Source: Planctomycetota bacterium (GTDB lineage: Bacteria > Planctomycetota > B15-G4 > JADJEK01). From it: DNA of 64,000 nucleotides. The stretch's first letter is position 1, and each line of letters begins with the position of its first letter. A program made the translations under genes and the position numbers. Location: the NCBI GenBank assembly GCA_044225365.1, contig JBGAIQ010000012.1:64001-128000 (forward strand), given 5' to 3'. This document shows positions 46,715 to 56,550 of the stretch, piece by piece. The notes beneath the pieces are model-generated. The model did no database searches, was not told where the DNA came from, and was given only the letters and a program-made list of their open reading frames with translations.

Positions 46715-49278
46715 TCACCCCTTCCGAAGGGGCCCCGGCAGGTTTCGCGGTTGGATCTCGATGAATTGGGGTTTCTCCGGATGAAGATGCAGCTGCCCCG
46801 TCACTTCCCCGAGAGCATCGGACTTCACAAAGGCCGACTCACCGTCGACTTTCCATTCGACGTCCGCGTTCGGAGGAAGGTCGTGGATCGTGACCGCCAC
46901 TTCGGCGTTCGCATCCACCGCGCGAGCGACGAACCTGCGAATCGCCCGCGGGTTGTCGGGCCAACTCATCACATCGACGTCGATCGTCTCGTAGGGCGTG
47001 GTGCCGAGGGTGAATCGGGGCGAGCTTCCCTCTCCCGAGAAGAACGAGACTCCGCGCGGACTCACCGCGATGCCGAACGGACTCCGCCGCCGCAGCGTTA
47101 CGGCCATCGCAGTCGCGGCGATCTCGTGTTCCGCGAGCTCGATCCGATAGTCGATGCCGCGCAGTCGATAGTTCAGCTTCGTCCCCACGATCTCCGGCAC
47201 GAGGTGCGGCTCGATGTCGAGTCGGTTCCATTTGGGAACGATCCCGTAGAGATTGCGGTACAGCCCGACGATCGCGGAGCAGTTGTTGGAAAGAATGTCG
47301 TCTCCCGCCCCTTGCTGCGAGCCCGCAGATAGCGTTGAAACGCAAGGCCGTCCTTTTCGAAGCGTGCGAGTACGTTCTTCACGATGCGGAACGCGATCCT
47401 TGGATCCGTCTTCACGTACGCGCGCGTGCCGAGTTCGCCGAATGCGAGGAACAGATCGCCGTTCTCGTAGTTCGGGAACGGGTACTGGAAATCGTTGGCC
47501 TCGCCGGGCGCAAACGGCAATACGCAGATCGGCCAGAAGAAGAGGTTCTCGCTCTGCACGCATTGCTCGATGCGGTCGAGGATCGCACGAATGCGTACCT
47601 CGTCATCGCAGAGGCCGTACGCGATCGCCATGAGATTGACGGGAACCGTGAGATTGTCGCCGTGGATCGAATCGTCCTTCTCCCGCCAGTAGACGTACCA
47701 CGAATGATCCGCGCTCCAGAACCCTCCTTCGGTCGTCGGTCGATCGAAGGCCTCCTTCAAACGTAGTGCGCGTGCGTCGTACGTCTTCGCGGCATCGTCG
47801 TCTCCGAGCACGCGCTCGATTTCGGCCAGTCGTCGCAGAGCTTCGTAGAGCTGCGCGTTGATGTACGCGCTCTCGTGACTCGCCCAGACCACGTCGATCC
47901 AATCGCTGCTCTTGTGGTTCTTGCACGAATCGGAATCGACTTCGACGAGGCCGTCGCCATCGGCATCGCGTCGCAGGAGGAACTCCAGCGCGCGCTCGCA
48001 GGGTTCCTTCTGTCCACGCATCCAATCGATGTCGCCCGACAAGTCGAACTGGTCGGCGGCATTGATCACGTAGCTAGTTTGGGAATCGAGCAGCCGTCCC
48101 CATTGGGCTTCGTAATAACCGAGTTCGTCGTACGTGCCGGGCTCCGCGTCGTTCGCGTTCGACGTCCAGCGCGATTTCACGCGGCCGTCCTTCGCCATGG
48201 CGTGATCGCGTTCCTCGTTCATCGTCTTCGCGAACGATGCGACGTAGTTCGCGTCGTCGATCGCGATCCCGAGTTGGGCGATCCAGGGCTCGTGGAGAGC
48301 GACGCCGTTCCAGCCATTGCTGCCCATGAACGTGTCGTCGACGACTCCATAGCGCGCGATCGTGTTCATCAATTCGCGTACGGAGGACTCGTCGACGCCG
48401 TTCAGCTCGCCGCGATCGAACTTGGATGCGTATCGACGAGCGTGGAGGCGAAGCGTGACCGACGTCGCGTAGGGTTCGATCTCGATAGGCTGCCAGACGT
48501 CGGCCCGATCGGGAAGGAAGCGCGCGACCCCGTGACGCGTCGCGAGTCGATCGGGAGTGATCGCCAACGACATCTCGAGCGCTCCCGAACGTTGCGAAGT
48601 GAAACGCAGCGCGCTGACATAGTTCGCATTCGGTACGGCTTCGAATTCCAGGGCGTCGTCGCGCTCACGACTCCACAAGATGGCCTTTCCCGTGTGGACG
48701 CCGAGAGTCGCTTGGGGTGATTCGAATCGTGGACTCCACGCGACTCCGCCCGTGCCGAGGATCGCTCCCGACCAGGTGGATGCGTCCTTGAACGAGCAGT
48801 GAGCGAACGAGACCTCGTCGGCGTGAATGGGCTTCTTGACGAACCGATCCACCGTCCACTCGATCGTCTCGCCGCGCAGCCGAAACGCCCATCTCTCCGA
48901 AAACGCCCGCCCCTCATCGTCGACCGGTGTGATGACGGTGCCAATCTCGCGGAAGAACGGGTCGCTTCCGGAGGATGTGATGTCGCGAGTGGCAATGACT
49001 CGCGTCTTTGGCGACGTCCCCCAGTTCTGCCACGTTCCGTCGATCTTCAGACCGGTCGTGATTCCGGCAGAAGGATCGAGCACTTCGTGGCCCCGCACTT
49101 CGAAGCGGTCGATCTTCCACGGATCGCCGTAGTTCACCCGCAGCGAGAGCGAACCGCGACGCGTGCAGATCGTGAGCGTCTTCGATCTGGGATCGTCGCT
49201 GATCTGGGCAAGAACACTGCACTCGAACGCACTCGTGAGAGCCGCGGCGAGAGCGATTGCGCGAAGCGTCCGTTTCAT
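46715..49278 (-). pseudogene. Secreted (alpha/alpha)6-type glycoside hydrolase split by an apparent 1-nt frameshift near 47322 (pseudogene or sequence error)
   Basis: The ORF from 49278 has a signal peptide and DADGDGLVE, SDWIDVV, INAQLYEAL and YENGD motifs. Protein-like sequence switches frame from FQRYLR to SQQGAGDDILSNN and runs to the stop at 46715. Confidence 0.7.
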
Positions 49279-49285
49279 GTTCCCC

Positions 49286-50788
49286 TCACAACAGAAAGCG
49301 CACGATGAACTGGCACCACAGTCCGCAGACGATCGCGGCGGCGAGGTCGAGGATCGCGCCCGTCTTCGCCATCCGCGCGACCGTGAGATAGCCGCTGCCG
49401 AACACGATCGCGTTGGGCGGCGTGCCGGCGGGCAGCGCGAAGTCGCACGAGCACGCGATCGTCGCCGCGAAGAGGACCGTCGGCATCTGATGCGCGGTCA
49501 CCGCCGAAGCGAGCACGTTCAACATCACGGCGATCGTCGCCGTGTTCGATGCCACGGCCGAGATCGCGACCGTCACGACCGAAGCGAGCAGCGTCTGCGT
49601 CAGCGGAGAGTAGTCCTGCAATCGCGAGAGCGAGTGCCCGAGGAAGTCGGAAAGACCGCTCGCTTGCACCGCGGCCGCCATCGAGAACGAGCCGCCAAGG
49701 AGCAGGAGCGACTCCCACGGCACTTTCTTGATCGCGGGCCACTCGAGCGTGCGCCGGCCATCGGCGCGCAGCAGCAAGACGGCGAGGCCCGCGGCGACCG
49801 CGATCGTGCCCTCGACGTGGCTGCTCTTCAGATCGAACGCCGTCACGTGAGGACGCAGCAGATCGGTGAGCGGCTTGCCGAGGATCCACAGCAGCACGGT
49901 GAGCAGGAACACCGTGAGGACGACGTTCTCCGCCCGCTTCTTCGTGCCGAGGAGGCGTAGTTCGTGGGCGACGGCCTCGGCGCCCGATTCGGACGGCGGT
50001 GCATCCTTCTTGCCGACCTGCCACAGCGCGAACCAGACGACGGGGAGCAAGAGCAGGACGAACGGCAGGCCGACGGCGAAGAAGGTGAAGAACGAGACGT
50101 CGATGCCGCGCAGCTCCATGAACTGGGCGAACTGCGTGTTCGGCACCGTGCCGATCTTCGTGCCGATGCCCCCGAGATTCGAGGCGTACGCGATCGCCAG
50201 CATCAGCGCCGCGCCGTAATGAGCGAGTCGCTTCCCGCCGCCGAGGATCTCGCATTGCGCGAGGATCGCGAGGCCGATCGGCAGCATCATCGCCGCCGTC
50301 GCCGTATTGGAGATCCACAGCGAGATGAACGCGGTCCCGGCGATCAGGCCGAGCAGCAGCCGTTTCGGATCGGTGCCGATGATGCGCATGATGTGGAGCG
50401 CGATGCGCCGATGCAGGTGGCATTGCTGCATCGCGGCGGCGACGGCCATGCCGCCCGTGAACAGGAAGATGTACGGATCGACGTAGGGCTTCGCGGCGGC
50501 AAGGAATCGATCGAAGGATGTGCCCGGGAACGCCGAGACGAAGGGAAACAGCACGAGCGGAAGGCACGCGGTCCAGTAGATCGGCAGCGACTCGAAGAGC
50601 CAGAAGATCGCCATCAGCGCGGTGACCGCCGCCGCGGCCGCGGGCCGATCACCGAACTTCGGATCGTGCTTCAGCGGGCTGTCGAGCAAGAGAAGGGCCG
50701 AAGCGACGAGGATCCCGAGGGCGATGCCGACCCACTGGGCGCGCGTGCGCAGCGGTGGCTTCTCGCTCTTCGTGTCCTTCGGAATCAC
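49286..50788 (-). CDS. SLC13/DASS sodium:dicarboxylate/sulfate symporter
   Basis: LHRRIAL, WISNTATAAMMLPIG, GGIGTKIGTVPN, ASNTAT and FALPAGTPPNAIVFGSG motifs. Confidence 0.93.
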   Translation of the reverse strand: MIPKDTKSEKPPLRTRAQWVGIALGILVASALLLLDSPLKHDPKFGDRPAAAAAVTALMAIFWLFESLPIYWTACLPLVLFPFVSAFPGTSFDRFLAAAKPYVDPYIFLFTGGMAVAAAMQQCHLHRRIALHIMRIIGTDPKRLLLGLIAGTAFISLWISNTATAAMMLPIGLAILAQCEILGGGKRLAHYGAALMLAIAYASNLGGIGTKIGTVPNTQFAQFMELRGIDVSFFTFFAVGLPFVLLLLPVVWFALWQVGKKDAPPSESGAEAVAHELRLLGTKKRAENVVLTVFLLTVLLWILGKPLTDLLRPHVTAFDLKSSHVEGTIAVAAGLAVLLLRADGRRTLEWPAIKKVPWESLLLLGGSFSMAAAVQASGLSDFLGHSLSRLQDYSPLTQTLLASVVTVAISAVASNTATIAVMLNVLASAVTAHQMPTVLFAATIACSCDFALPAGTPPNAIVFGSGYLTVARMAKTGAILDLAAAIVCGLWCQFIVRFLL

Positions 50789-51744
50789 TTACCGACCCGC
50801 GCGAGTTCCGCCTCGCAGCCCATGCATCCGAAGGCCATCCACACCTCCGTCGAGTTCGCGACGATCGTCCTGCACAGCTCGAGGCCGTGCTCGCGATGTC
50901 CGCTCGTGAGCTCGAGATTCGCGTAGCCGAAACCGAACGTGGGATAGTCGACGCTCTTCGGATCGAGCTCTGCGAAGTGCTTCTCGCCGTCGAGCTCCCC
51001 GCGATAGAGGCGGCAGAGATCGTGGTACGCGTGGTTCTCGAGCACGACGAGATCGGGAGTGATCTTCTCGAGCAGCGCCTTCGCGGCGTCGTGCTTGCCC
51101 TGTCGCTCGAGCGCCATGAAGAGCCAGTGCGTCGCGGAGCAGAGCGAGTCGGGATTCGCAGCGAGACGATGGCACTCCGCGAAGGCGGACTCGGCACTCG
51201 GGTAATCGCCCTTCATGAAGCAAGCGACTCCGAGGTGGTAGTAGATGTTCTGATGAGCCGTATCGAGAGTCGCACCGCCCGGCTTGCTCGACGGCTCCGG
51301 CGAATCGGGTTCGTTCTTCGCGAGTTCGGCACCCTTGCGCAGCGTCGCGATCGCGTCGTCGAAGCGCCGCAGCGTGATCTGTCGATGGCCGAGATGACGG
51401 TACATGCGCGAGTCCTCGGGGAAGCGCTTCACCGCGCTCTCGAAGAACTGCTCGGAGTCCTTGAAGTGGTTCGCCGCCGCGAGCATCCGGCCGTACCAGA
51501 TGACTTTGTCCTTGTCGTCCGGAGCGACATCGAGCGCGGTCTTCGCCGCTGCGAGACGCCACTCGGCTTCGTCCTTGTCCTTGCCCGTCTTCTCGGGTGC
51601 GTAGAGCCACGATCCGAGCAGCGACCTCGTCTCGGGCTCCACCTTCGGGAGCGCAGGGTTGACGCTTTCGTTGGAATTGCATGCCGCGAAGACACCGCAA
51701 CCGACCAGGAGCGCGAGCAGCAGGGAGTTCGAACGGACGGCCAT
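50785..51744 (-). CDS. TPR-repeat lipoprotein
   Basis: Lipobox FAA-C, TPR helices (YRHLGHRQI, IYYHLGVA). GAAGGAGA RBS before ATG 51744. Confidence 0.75.
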   Translation of the reverse strand: MAVRSNSLLLALLVGCGVFAACNSNESVNPALPKVEPETRSLLGSWLYAPEKTGKDKDEAEWRLAAAKTALDVAPDDKDKVIWYGRMLAAANHFKDSEQFFESAVKRFPEDSRMYRHLGHRQITLRRFDDAIATLRKGAELAKNEPDSPEPSSKPGGATLDTAHQNIYYHLGVACFMKGDYPSAESAFAECHRLAANPDSLCSATHWLFMALERQGKHDAAKALLEKITPDLVVLENHAYHDLCRLYRGELDGEKHFAELDPKSVDYPTFGFGYANLELTSGHREHGLELCRTIVANSTEVWMAFGCMGCEAELARVGK

Positions 51745-51944
51745 GGCTTCTCCTTCATCGCGGATCGAGTCGCACGGGGTCCCCTCGATCGTGAGACCCG
51801 TCCTCACCCGCGCATGGTACTGACCGCCCTCGATCGCGCGAACGCGGCGATTCGCGTTTTCTCGGGGTCGAACGGGGCTCTTCCACGCACGACACGGCTG
51901 GTATGCTCCGGCTCGTCGTCCGTATCGACGCGAGGAGTTCGTTC

Positions 51945-52772
51945 ATGGCGAGTCGCAAGGTCGTTCCGAAGTCCAACTCGAAGCGCACGCCCCCGGCGCT
52001 CTCCATCCCGCGACCCAAATCGTTCTCGCTCCAGGGCCGCGTCGCCCTCGTGACGGGCAGCAGCACGGGACTCGGACAAGCGATCGCATTCGCGCTCGGC
52101 GCCGCCGGCGCCCGGGTGGCGCTCAACTACAACAACAACGAAGAGCGCGCCAAACGCTGCCTCGCGGCGTATCGCGGAGCGGGTTTCGTCGGCGAGATGT
52201 TCCGCGGCAACGTCATCGACGAGAAGGACGTCGCGCGGATGACGAAGGAGATCGAGAAGACGCTCGGCGCCGTCGACATCCTCGTCCTCAATGCCACGCC
52301 CGATCAGCCGCACATGTCGATCGAGCGCTACGACTGGGCCTTCTATCAGTCGATGCTCGACTTCTTCATCAAGAGCCCGTTCCTGCTCACCCGCGCGGTC
52401 CTGCCCCACATGAAGAAGCAGAAGTGGGGGCGCATCATCAACGTCGGCTCGGAAGTGGTCGAGCGCGGCGTCGGCAACTTCAGCGCGTACGTCGCGGCCA
52501 AGGCGGGACAGAACGGTTGGACGCGGTCGATGTCGAGCGAGCTCGTACCGTTCGGCATCACGGTGAACATGATCTCGCCCGGCTGGATCCCCGTCGAACG
52601 CCACGTGAAGGATCCGCAGGCGGAGAAGGACGGCTACTTCGCGCTCATTCCCGCCGGAAGGTGGGGCGTGCCCGACGATGTCGGAGGATCCTGCGTCTTC
52701 CTCGCGAGCGATGCGGCGGCGTTCGTCTCCGGTCAGAATCTGCACATCAACGGCGGCATGACGGTCCAATGA
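51945..52772 (+). CDS. Short-chain dehydrogenase/reductase (FabG-like)
   Basis: TGSSTGLG, DILVLNA, YVAAK and VNMISPG motifs. Confidence 0.92.
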   Translation: MASRKVVPKSNSKRTPPALSIPRPKSFSLQGRVALVTGSSTGLGQAIAFALGAAGARVALNYNNNEERAKRCLAAYRGAGFVGEMFRGNVIDEKDVARMTKEIEKTLGAVDILVLNATPDQPHMSIERYDWAFYQSMLDFFIKSPFLLTRAVLPHMKKQKWGRIINVGSEVVERGVGNFSAYVAAKAGQNGWTRSMSSELVPFGITVNMISPGWIPVERHVKDPQAEKDGYFALIPAGRWGVPDDVGGSCVFLASDAAAFVSGQNLHINGGMTVQ

Positions 52773-52789
52773 GACCGGGAGCACACCCC

Positions 52790-53788
52790 ATGAAACGCAT
52801 CTCGATCCTCGTCCTGCTCGCTCTCGCCGGCGCCGTCGCTTGCAACCGCACGTCGTCGAAGGGAAAGCCAAGGCTCGCGTTCGTGACCAATTGCGTCGCG
52901 CCGTTCTGGACGATCGCGTCCGCCGGTGTCGAACAGGCGAAGGCGAAGTTCGACGTCGACGCGACGTTCTACATGCCGACGGGCGGCGTCTCCGATCAGA
53001 AGAACAAGCTCGAGGATTTCCTCGCGACCGGCGTCGATGGGATCGCGGTGAGTCCGATCGATCCCGCGAACCAGACGTCGGATCTCGACAAGCTCGCCGC
53101 GAAGACGAACCTCATCACGCATGACTCGGATGCGCCGCAGAGCAAGCGTCTCGTCTACATCGGCATGGACAACTACTCGGCGGGCCGCATGTGCGGGAAG
53201 CTGGTGAAGGAAGCCCTGCCCGACGGCGGCGTCGTCGCGAGCTTCGTCGGCAACATCAGCCAGAACAACGCGCGGCTGCGCCGGCAGGGCATGATCGACG
53301 AACTGCTCGATCGATCGGTCGACTCGTCGCGTTATGACAATCCGGGCCAGCCGCTGAAGAATGCGAAGTACACGATCCTCGATACCTACACCGACGGTAC
53401 CGATCAGGCGAAGGGCAAGGCCAACGCCGAAGACGCTCTCAACAGCCACTCCGACCTCGCCTGCATGGTCGGGCTCTTCGAGTACAACACGCCCCTCTGT
53501 CTCGAAGCGCTGAAGCAGGCGGGCAAGCTCGACAAGGTGAAGGTGGTCGCCTTCGACGAGAATGCCGCGACGCTGCAGGGGATCAAGGACGGGCACGTGA
53601 CGGGCACGGTGGTGCAGGACCCGTTCAACTACGGTTACAAGTCGATCGAGGTGCTCGCGGCGCTCGCGCGCGGCGACAAGTCCGTGGTTCCGGCGAACGG
53701 CTTCGTCGACATCCCGGGCCGCATCATCAAGAAGGACAACGTCGATGCGTTCTGGGCCGATCTCAAGGAGAAGACCGGGAAGAAGTGA
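52790..53788 (+). CDS. Sugar ABC transporter substrate-binding lipoprotein (RbsB-like)
   Basis: Lipobox AVA-C, FW, DGIAVSP, DSDAP, YIGMDNYSAG and VVQDPFNYG motifs. Start ATG 52790. Confidence 0.92.
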   Translation: MKRISILVLLALAGAVACNRTSSKGKPRLAFVTNCVAPFWTIASAGVEQAKAKFDVDATFYMPTGGVSDQKNKLEDFLATGVDGIAVSPIDPANQTSDLDKLAAKTNLITHDSDAPQSKRLVYIGMDNYSAGRMCGKLVKEALPDGGVVASFVGNISQNNARLRRQGMIDELLDRSVDSSRYDNPGQPLKNAKYTILDTYTDGTDQAKGKANAEDALNSHSDLACMVGLFEYNTPLCLEALKQAGKLDKVKVVAFDENAATLQGIKDGHVTGTVVQDPFNYGYKSIEVLAALARGDKSVVPANGFVDIPGRIIKKDNVDAFWADLKEKTGKK

Positions 53789-53794
53789 GGGAAT

Positions 53795-55039
53795 TCAGCT
53801 CTGCCAGTTGCTGAGGATGTTCGTGTCGGCAGAGGAGTTCGAGACGACGTTCGAGAATCCGATGAGCGGGGTCTCGCTCAAGGTGACGTTGTCGTGCACC
53901 AGGAAGTCGATTCCGGCGAGCAACCGAATTGCTTCCGAGATGGGGACGGTTCCCGCCGCGACGAACTGATTGCCGACGATCGAAACGCCCTGCGCGGACG
54001 CGAACACGTCGATTTGCCGAGTGGTGCACACCGTGAATTGGTTCGAGTTCACGAGGTTCCACTTCTGGCTGCTGATCTGGATTCCGAGCGCCACCGCGTG
54101 GAATTGATTCCCGGTGATGACGTTCGATTCGCCCGTCTTTCCGCCGAGCGATGCGCTGAGGCGGATCGCTCCGTTGGTGGCGAGAGGGAGTTCCCCGAAC
54201 GAATTGCCCGTGATCGCGCAGAAGCGGCCTGCGCGAAGATCGATGATCTGTTGGCCGGCGCACTGATCGAACACGTTGCCGCTGATCGCGAAGTGATGGC
54301 CTTCTCCCTCGGCCTGACACCAGATCGCAGCGTCGATCGGTGAACTCGCGCTGCCGAGGTTCATGAACGAGTTGCCGTCGAGAGTCCCCTTCGATTCGTC
54401 TCTCAACTCGAGCGCGTAGCGGCACAGTCCCGCCGTCGCACCCTGGACGCGATCGAACGTGTTGCCATTCGCCCGCAGGGCCATGCCGAGTCGACCGCGA
54501 TATCCGATCACGCCTGCGCTCAGATCCGAGAAGCGAAACGTATTCGATTCGAGGAGGGTTCCGCTGTGGAGCGTTACGCCGTCGCCGATGTCGATGAAGC
54601 GGAAGTCCGATGCGCCACCGAGCGCGATGAACGAGCAGTGATCGAAGGCGATTCCATCGCCGGTCGCGACGATCGCCGACTGCGCGGCGGCGGGTTGCGA
54701 CGTTTCGATTCGCAGGCCCGTGAAGCGAACGCGCGTGGCCGCCGTCGTGACGTCGAACAAGCCGACGGAGCCTGCGGGAGCGGGGACGAGGCGCGATCCC
54801 GCCGTGCCGCGAATCGAGATGCCACTCGTCGAGATCGTGACCGGGTTCTGGAAGAGATAGTCGCCGGCGAGGACTTCGATGACGCCGCCCTTGGACAGCG
54901 CATGAAGTGCACCGACGAAGGGCGCTTCGTCAGTTCCGTTGAATCGTCCCTTCGAATGGACGCCGTCTCCGATCGTAATGATGTCGGCGTGGGAGAGCGG
55001 AGCCAGAGTCAGGAGGGCCAGTGCGAGGAAGGGCTTCAT
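53795..55039 (-). CDS. Secreted right-handed beta-helix (pectin-lyase fold) protein, paralog 2
   Basis: Signal peptide MKPFLALALLTLAPLSHA, TIGDG...NGTDE, repeated I.GN.F coils. An upstream start near 55120 is possible. Confidence 0.78.
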   Translation of the reverse strand: MKPFLALALLTLAPLSHADIITIGDGVHSKGRFNGTDEAPFVGALHALSKGGVIEVLAGDYLFQNPVTISTSGISIRGTAGSRLVPAPAGSVGLFDVTTAATRVRFTGLRIETSQPAAAQSAIVATGDGIAFDHCSFIALGGASDFRFIDIGDGVTLHSGTLLESNTFRFSDLSAGVIGYRGRLGMALRANGNTFDRVQGATAGLCRYALELRDESKGTLDGNSFMNLGSASSPIDAAIWCQAEGEGHHFAISGNVFDQCAGQQIIDLRAGRFCAITGNSFGELPLATNGAIRLSASLGGKTGESNVITGNQFHAVALGIQISSQKWNLVNSNQFTVCTTRQIDVFASAQGVSIVGNQFVAAGTVPISEAIRLLAGIDFLVHDNVTLSETPLIGFSNVVSNSSADTNILSNWQS

Positions 55040-55128
55040 GAAGGGATTCGACTCGGGTTTCGGGGGTGCGGTCTTGGGGATCGGCGACGTCGCGGTGTTC
55101 ATCGTCTTCATCGTGTTCATCGGGGGGC

Positions 55129-56373
55129 TCACGACTTCCAGTTGTCCGAGACGTTCGTTCCGGGCGCCAGGGCATTGACGACGAACTGGAACGTCTTGCC
55201 TGCGACTTCGGATCCCACCTGATTGTCGTGGATCAGGTGGCCGCTTCCGCCGCCGACGTAGATCGCTTCGCTGATGCTGTTCGCGCCCGAGGAGACGAAC
55301 TGATTGGCGACGATCGATGTTCCGACCGCGCTCGACGTCACCTCGATCTGACGCGTCGAACACAGTGTGAACTGATTCGCTTCCGCGACGAGCCACTTCT
55401 GAGCGTCGACCCTGATTCCGAGCGCGACGTTGTGGAGTTCGTTCCCCGAGACGATGTTCGATTCGCCCGGCGATCCTCCGGGCGCCGCTTCGAACGCGAT
55501 CGCGCCCGCCGTCGCGAGCGTCATGCGACCGATCACGTTGCCGGTGATCGAGCAGAAGCGTCCTCCGCGAACGAGGATCACGTTGGGTCCGAGGCAGTGC
55601 TCGAAGAAATTGCCGCGAATCACGAGACCCGGACTCGCCGCGTCCGACGTGACGGCGATCACCGAGTCGATCGGCGCTGCGCCGGTGCCCATGTCCTGGA
55701 AGCTGTTCCCCGTGATCACCCCGTGAGCCTGGGATTGCAGTTCGAGCGCGTAGCGACACAGGCCGGAGGGCACGAAGCCGCCGACTCGAAAGTCATTGTT
55801 CGTGATCGTGAGACCCGAGCCGAGGCGACCCCGAACGCCGACGACGCCCGCACTCGCTTTCGAGAGCGCAAACGTGTTCGACTCGATCCGCACGCCCGAA
55901 CGCGGTGTCTGACCATCGCCGATATCGATCAGTCGAAAGTCCAGCGCGCCCGTTCCGACTCCGAGATACGAGTGATCGATCGTGACGTCGTCGGCGTCGA
56001 CGAAGATCGCAACCTGCGACGCGACGGCTTGCGGGACCGAGATCTGGATTCCGGTGAGGGCGACGCGCGCGGCCTCGATGTCGAAGAGCCCGACGGCGGG
56101 ATCGTTCGAACAAGCAAGAACCGCCCCGGACGATCCCCGCAGTGTGAGGCCCTCGTTCGTGATGACGAGCGGCTTCGTGAACGTGTACGTCCCGGGCAGC
56201 ACCTCGATGACGCCGCCATCGGGCGCGGCCCGCAACGCGCGATCGAATGGACCTTCATCGGTCCCGTTGAAGCGTCCGTGCGAGGTCGTGCCATCGCCGA
56301 TCGTGACGATGGAATCGTGAAACGCGGATGCGTGCGGACAAAGAAACAGGAATGCAAGCAGCGCGGATCGCAC
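55129..56373 (-). CDS. Secreted right-handed beta-helix protein, paralog 1
   Basis: Signal peptide, TIGDG..S.GRFNGTDE, GN repeats, colinear with the adjacent paralog. Confidence 0.78.
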   Translation of the reverse strand: MRSALLAFLFLCPHASAFHDSIVTIGDGTTSHGRFNGTDEGPFDRALRAAPDGGVIEVLPGTYTFTKPLVITNEGLTLRGSSGAVLACSNDPAVGLFDIEAARVALTGIQISVPQAVASQVAIFVDADDVTIDHSYLGVGTGALDFRLIDIGDGQTPRSGVRIESNTFALSKASAGVVGVRGRLGSGLTITNNDFRVGGFVPSGLCRYALELQSQAHGVITGNSFQDMGTGAAPIDSVIAVTSDAASPGLVIRGNFFEHCLGPNVILVRGGRFCSITGNVIGRMTLATAGAIAFEAAPGGSPGESNIVSGNELHNVALGIRVDAQKWLVAEANQFTLCSTRQIEVTSSAVGTSIVANQFVSSGANSISEAIYVGGGSGHLIHDNQVGSEVAGKTFQFVVNALAPGTNVSDNWKS

Positions 56374-56550
56374 GGCTGGCGCTCGAGTCTCTGGTCGGAG
56401 ATCGGGTGGGAGGAGAGAGAGAGAGAACGGAGAACGGAGAGCGGACTCTACTCCAATTTCGAGACGACATCAAGCATCCTCGCCGCTGCCGCCGCGAGTG
56501 CGTTGGTATGCTTCGCCGCCTCGCATTTCGAAGACACGATCCGTCGAACG

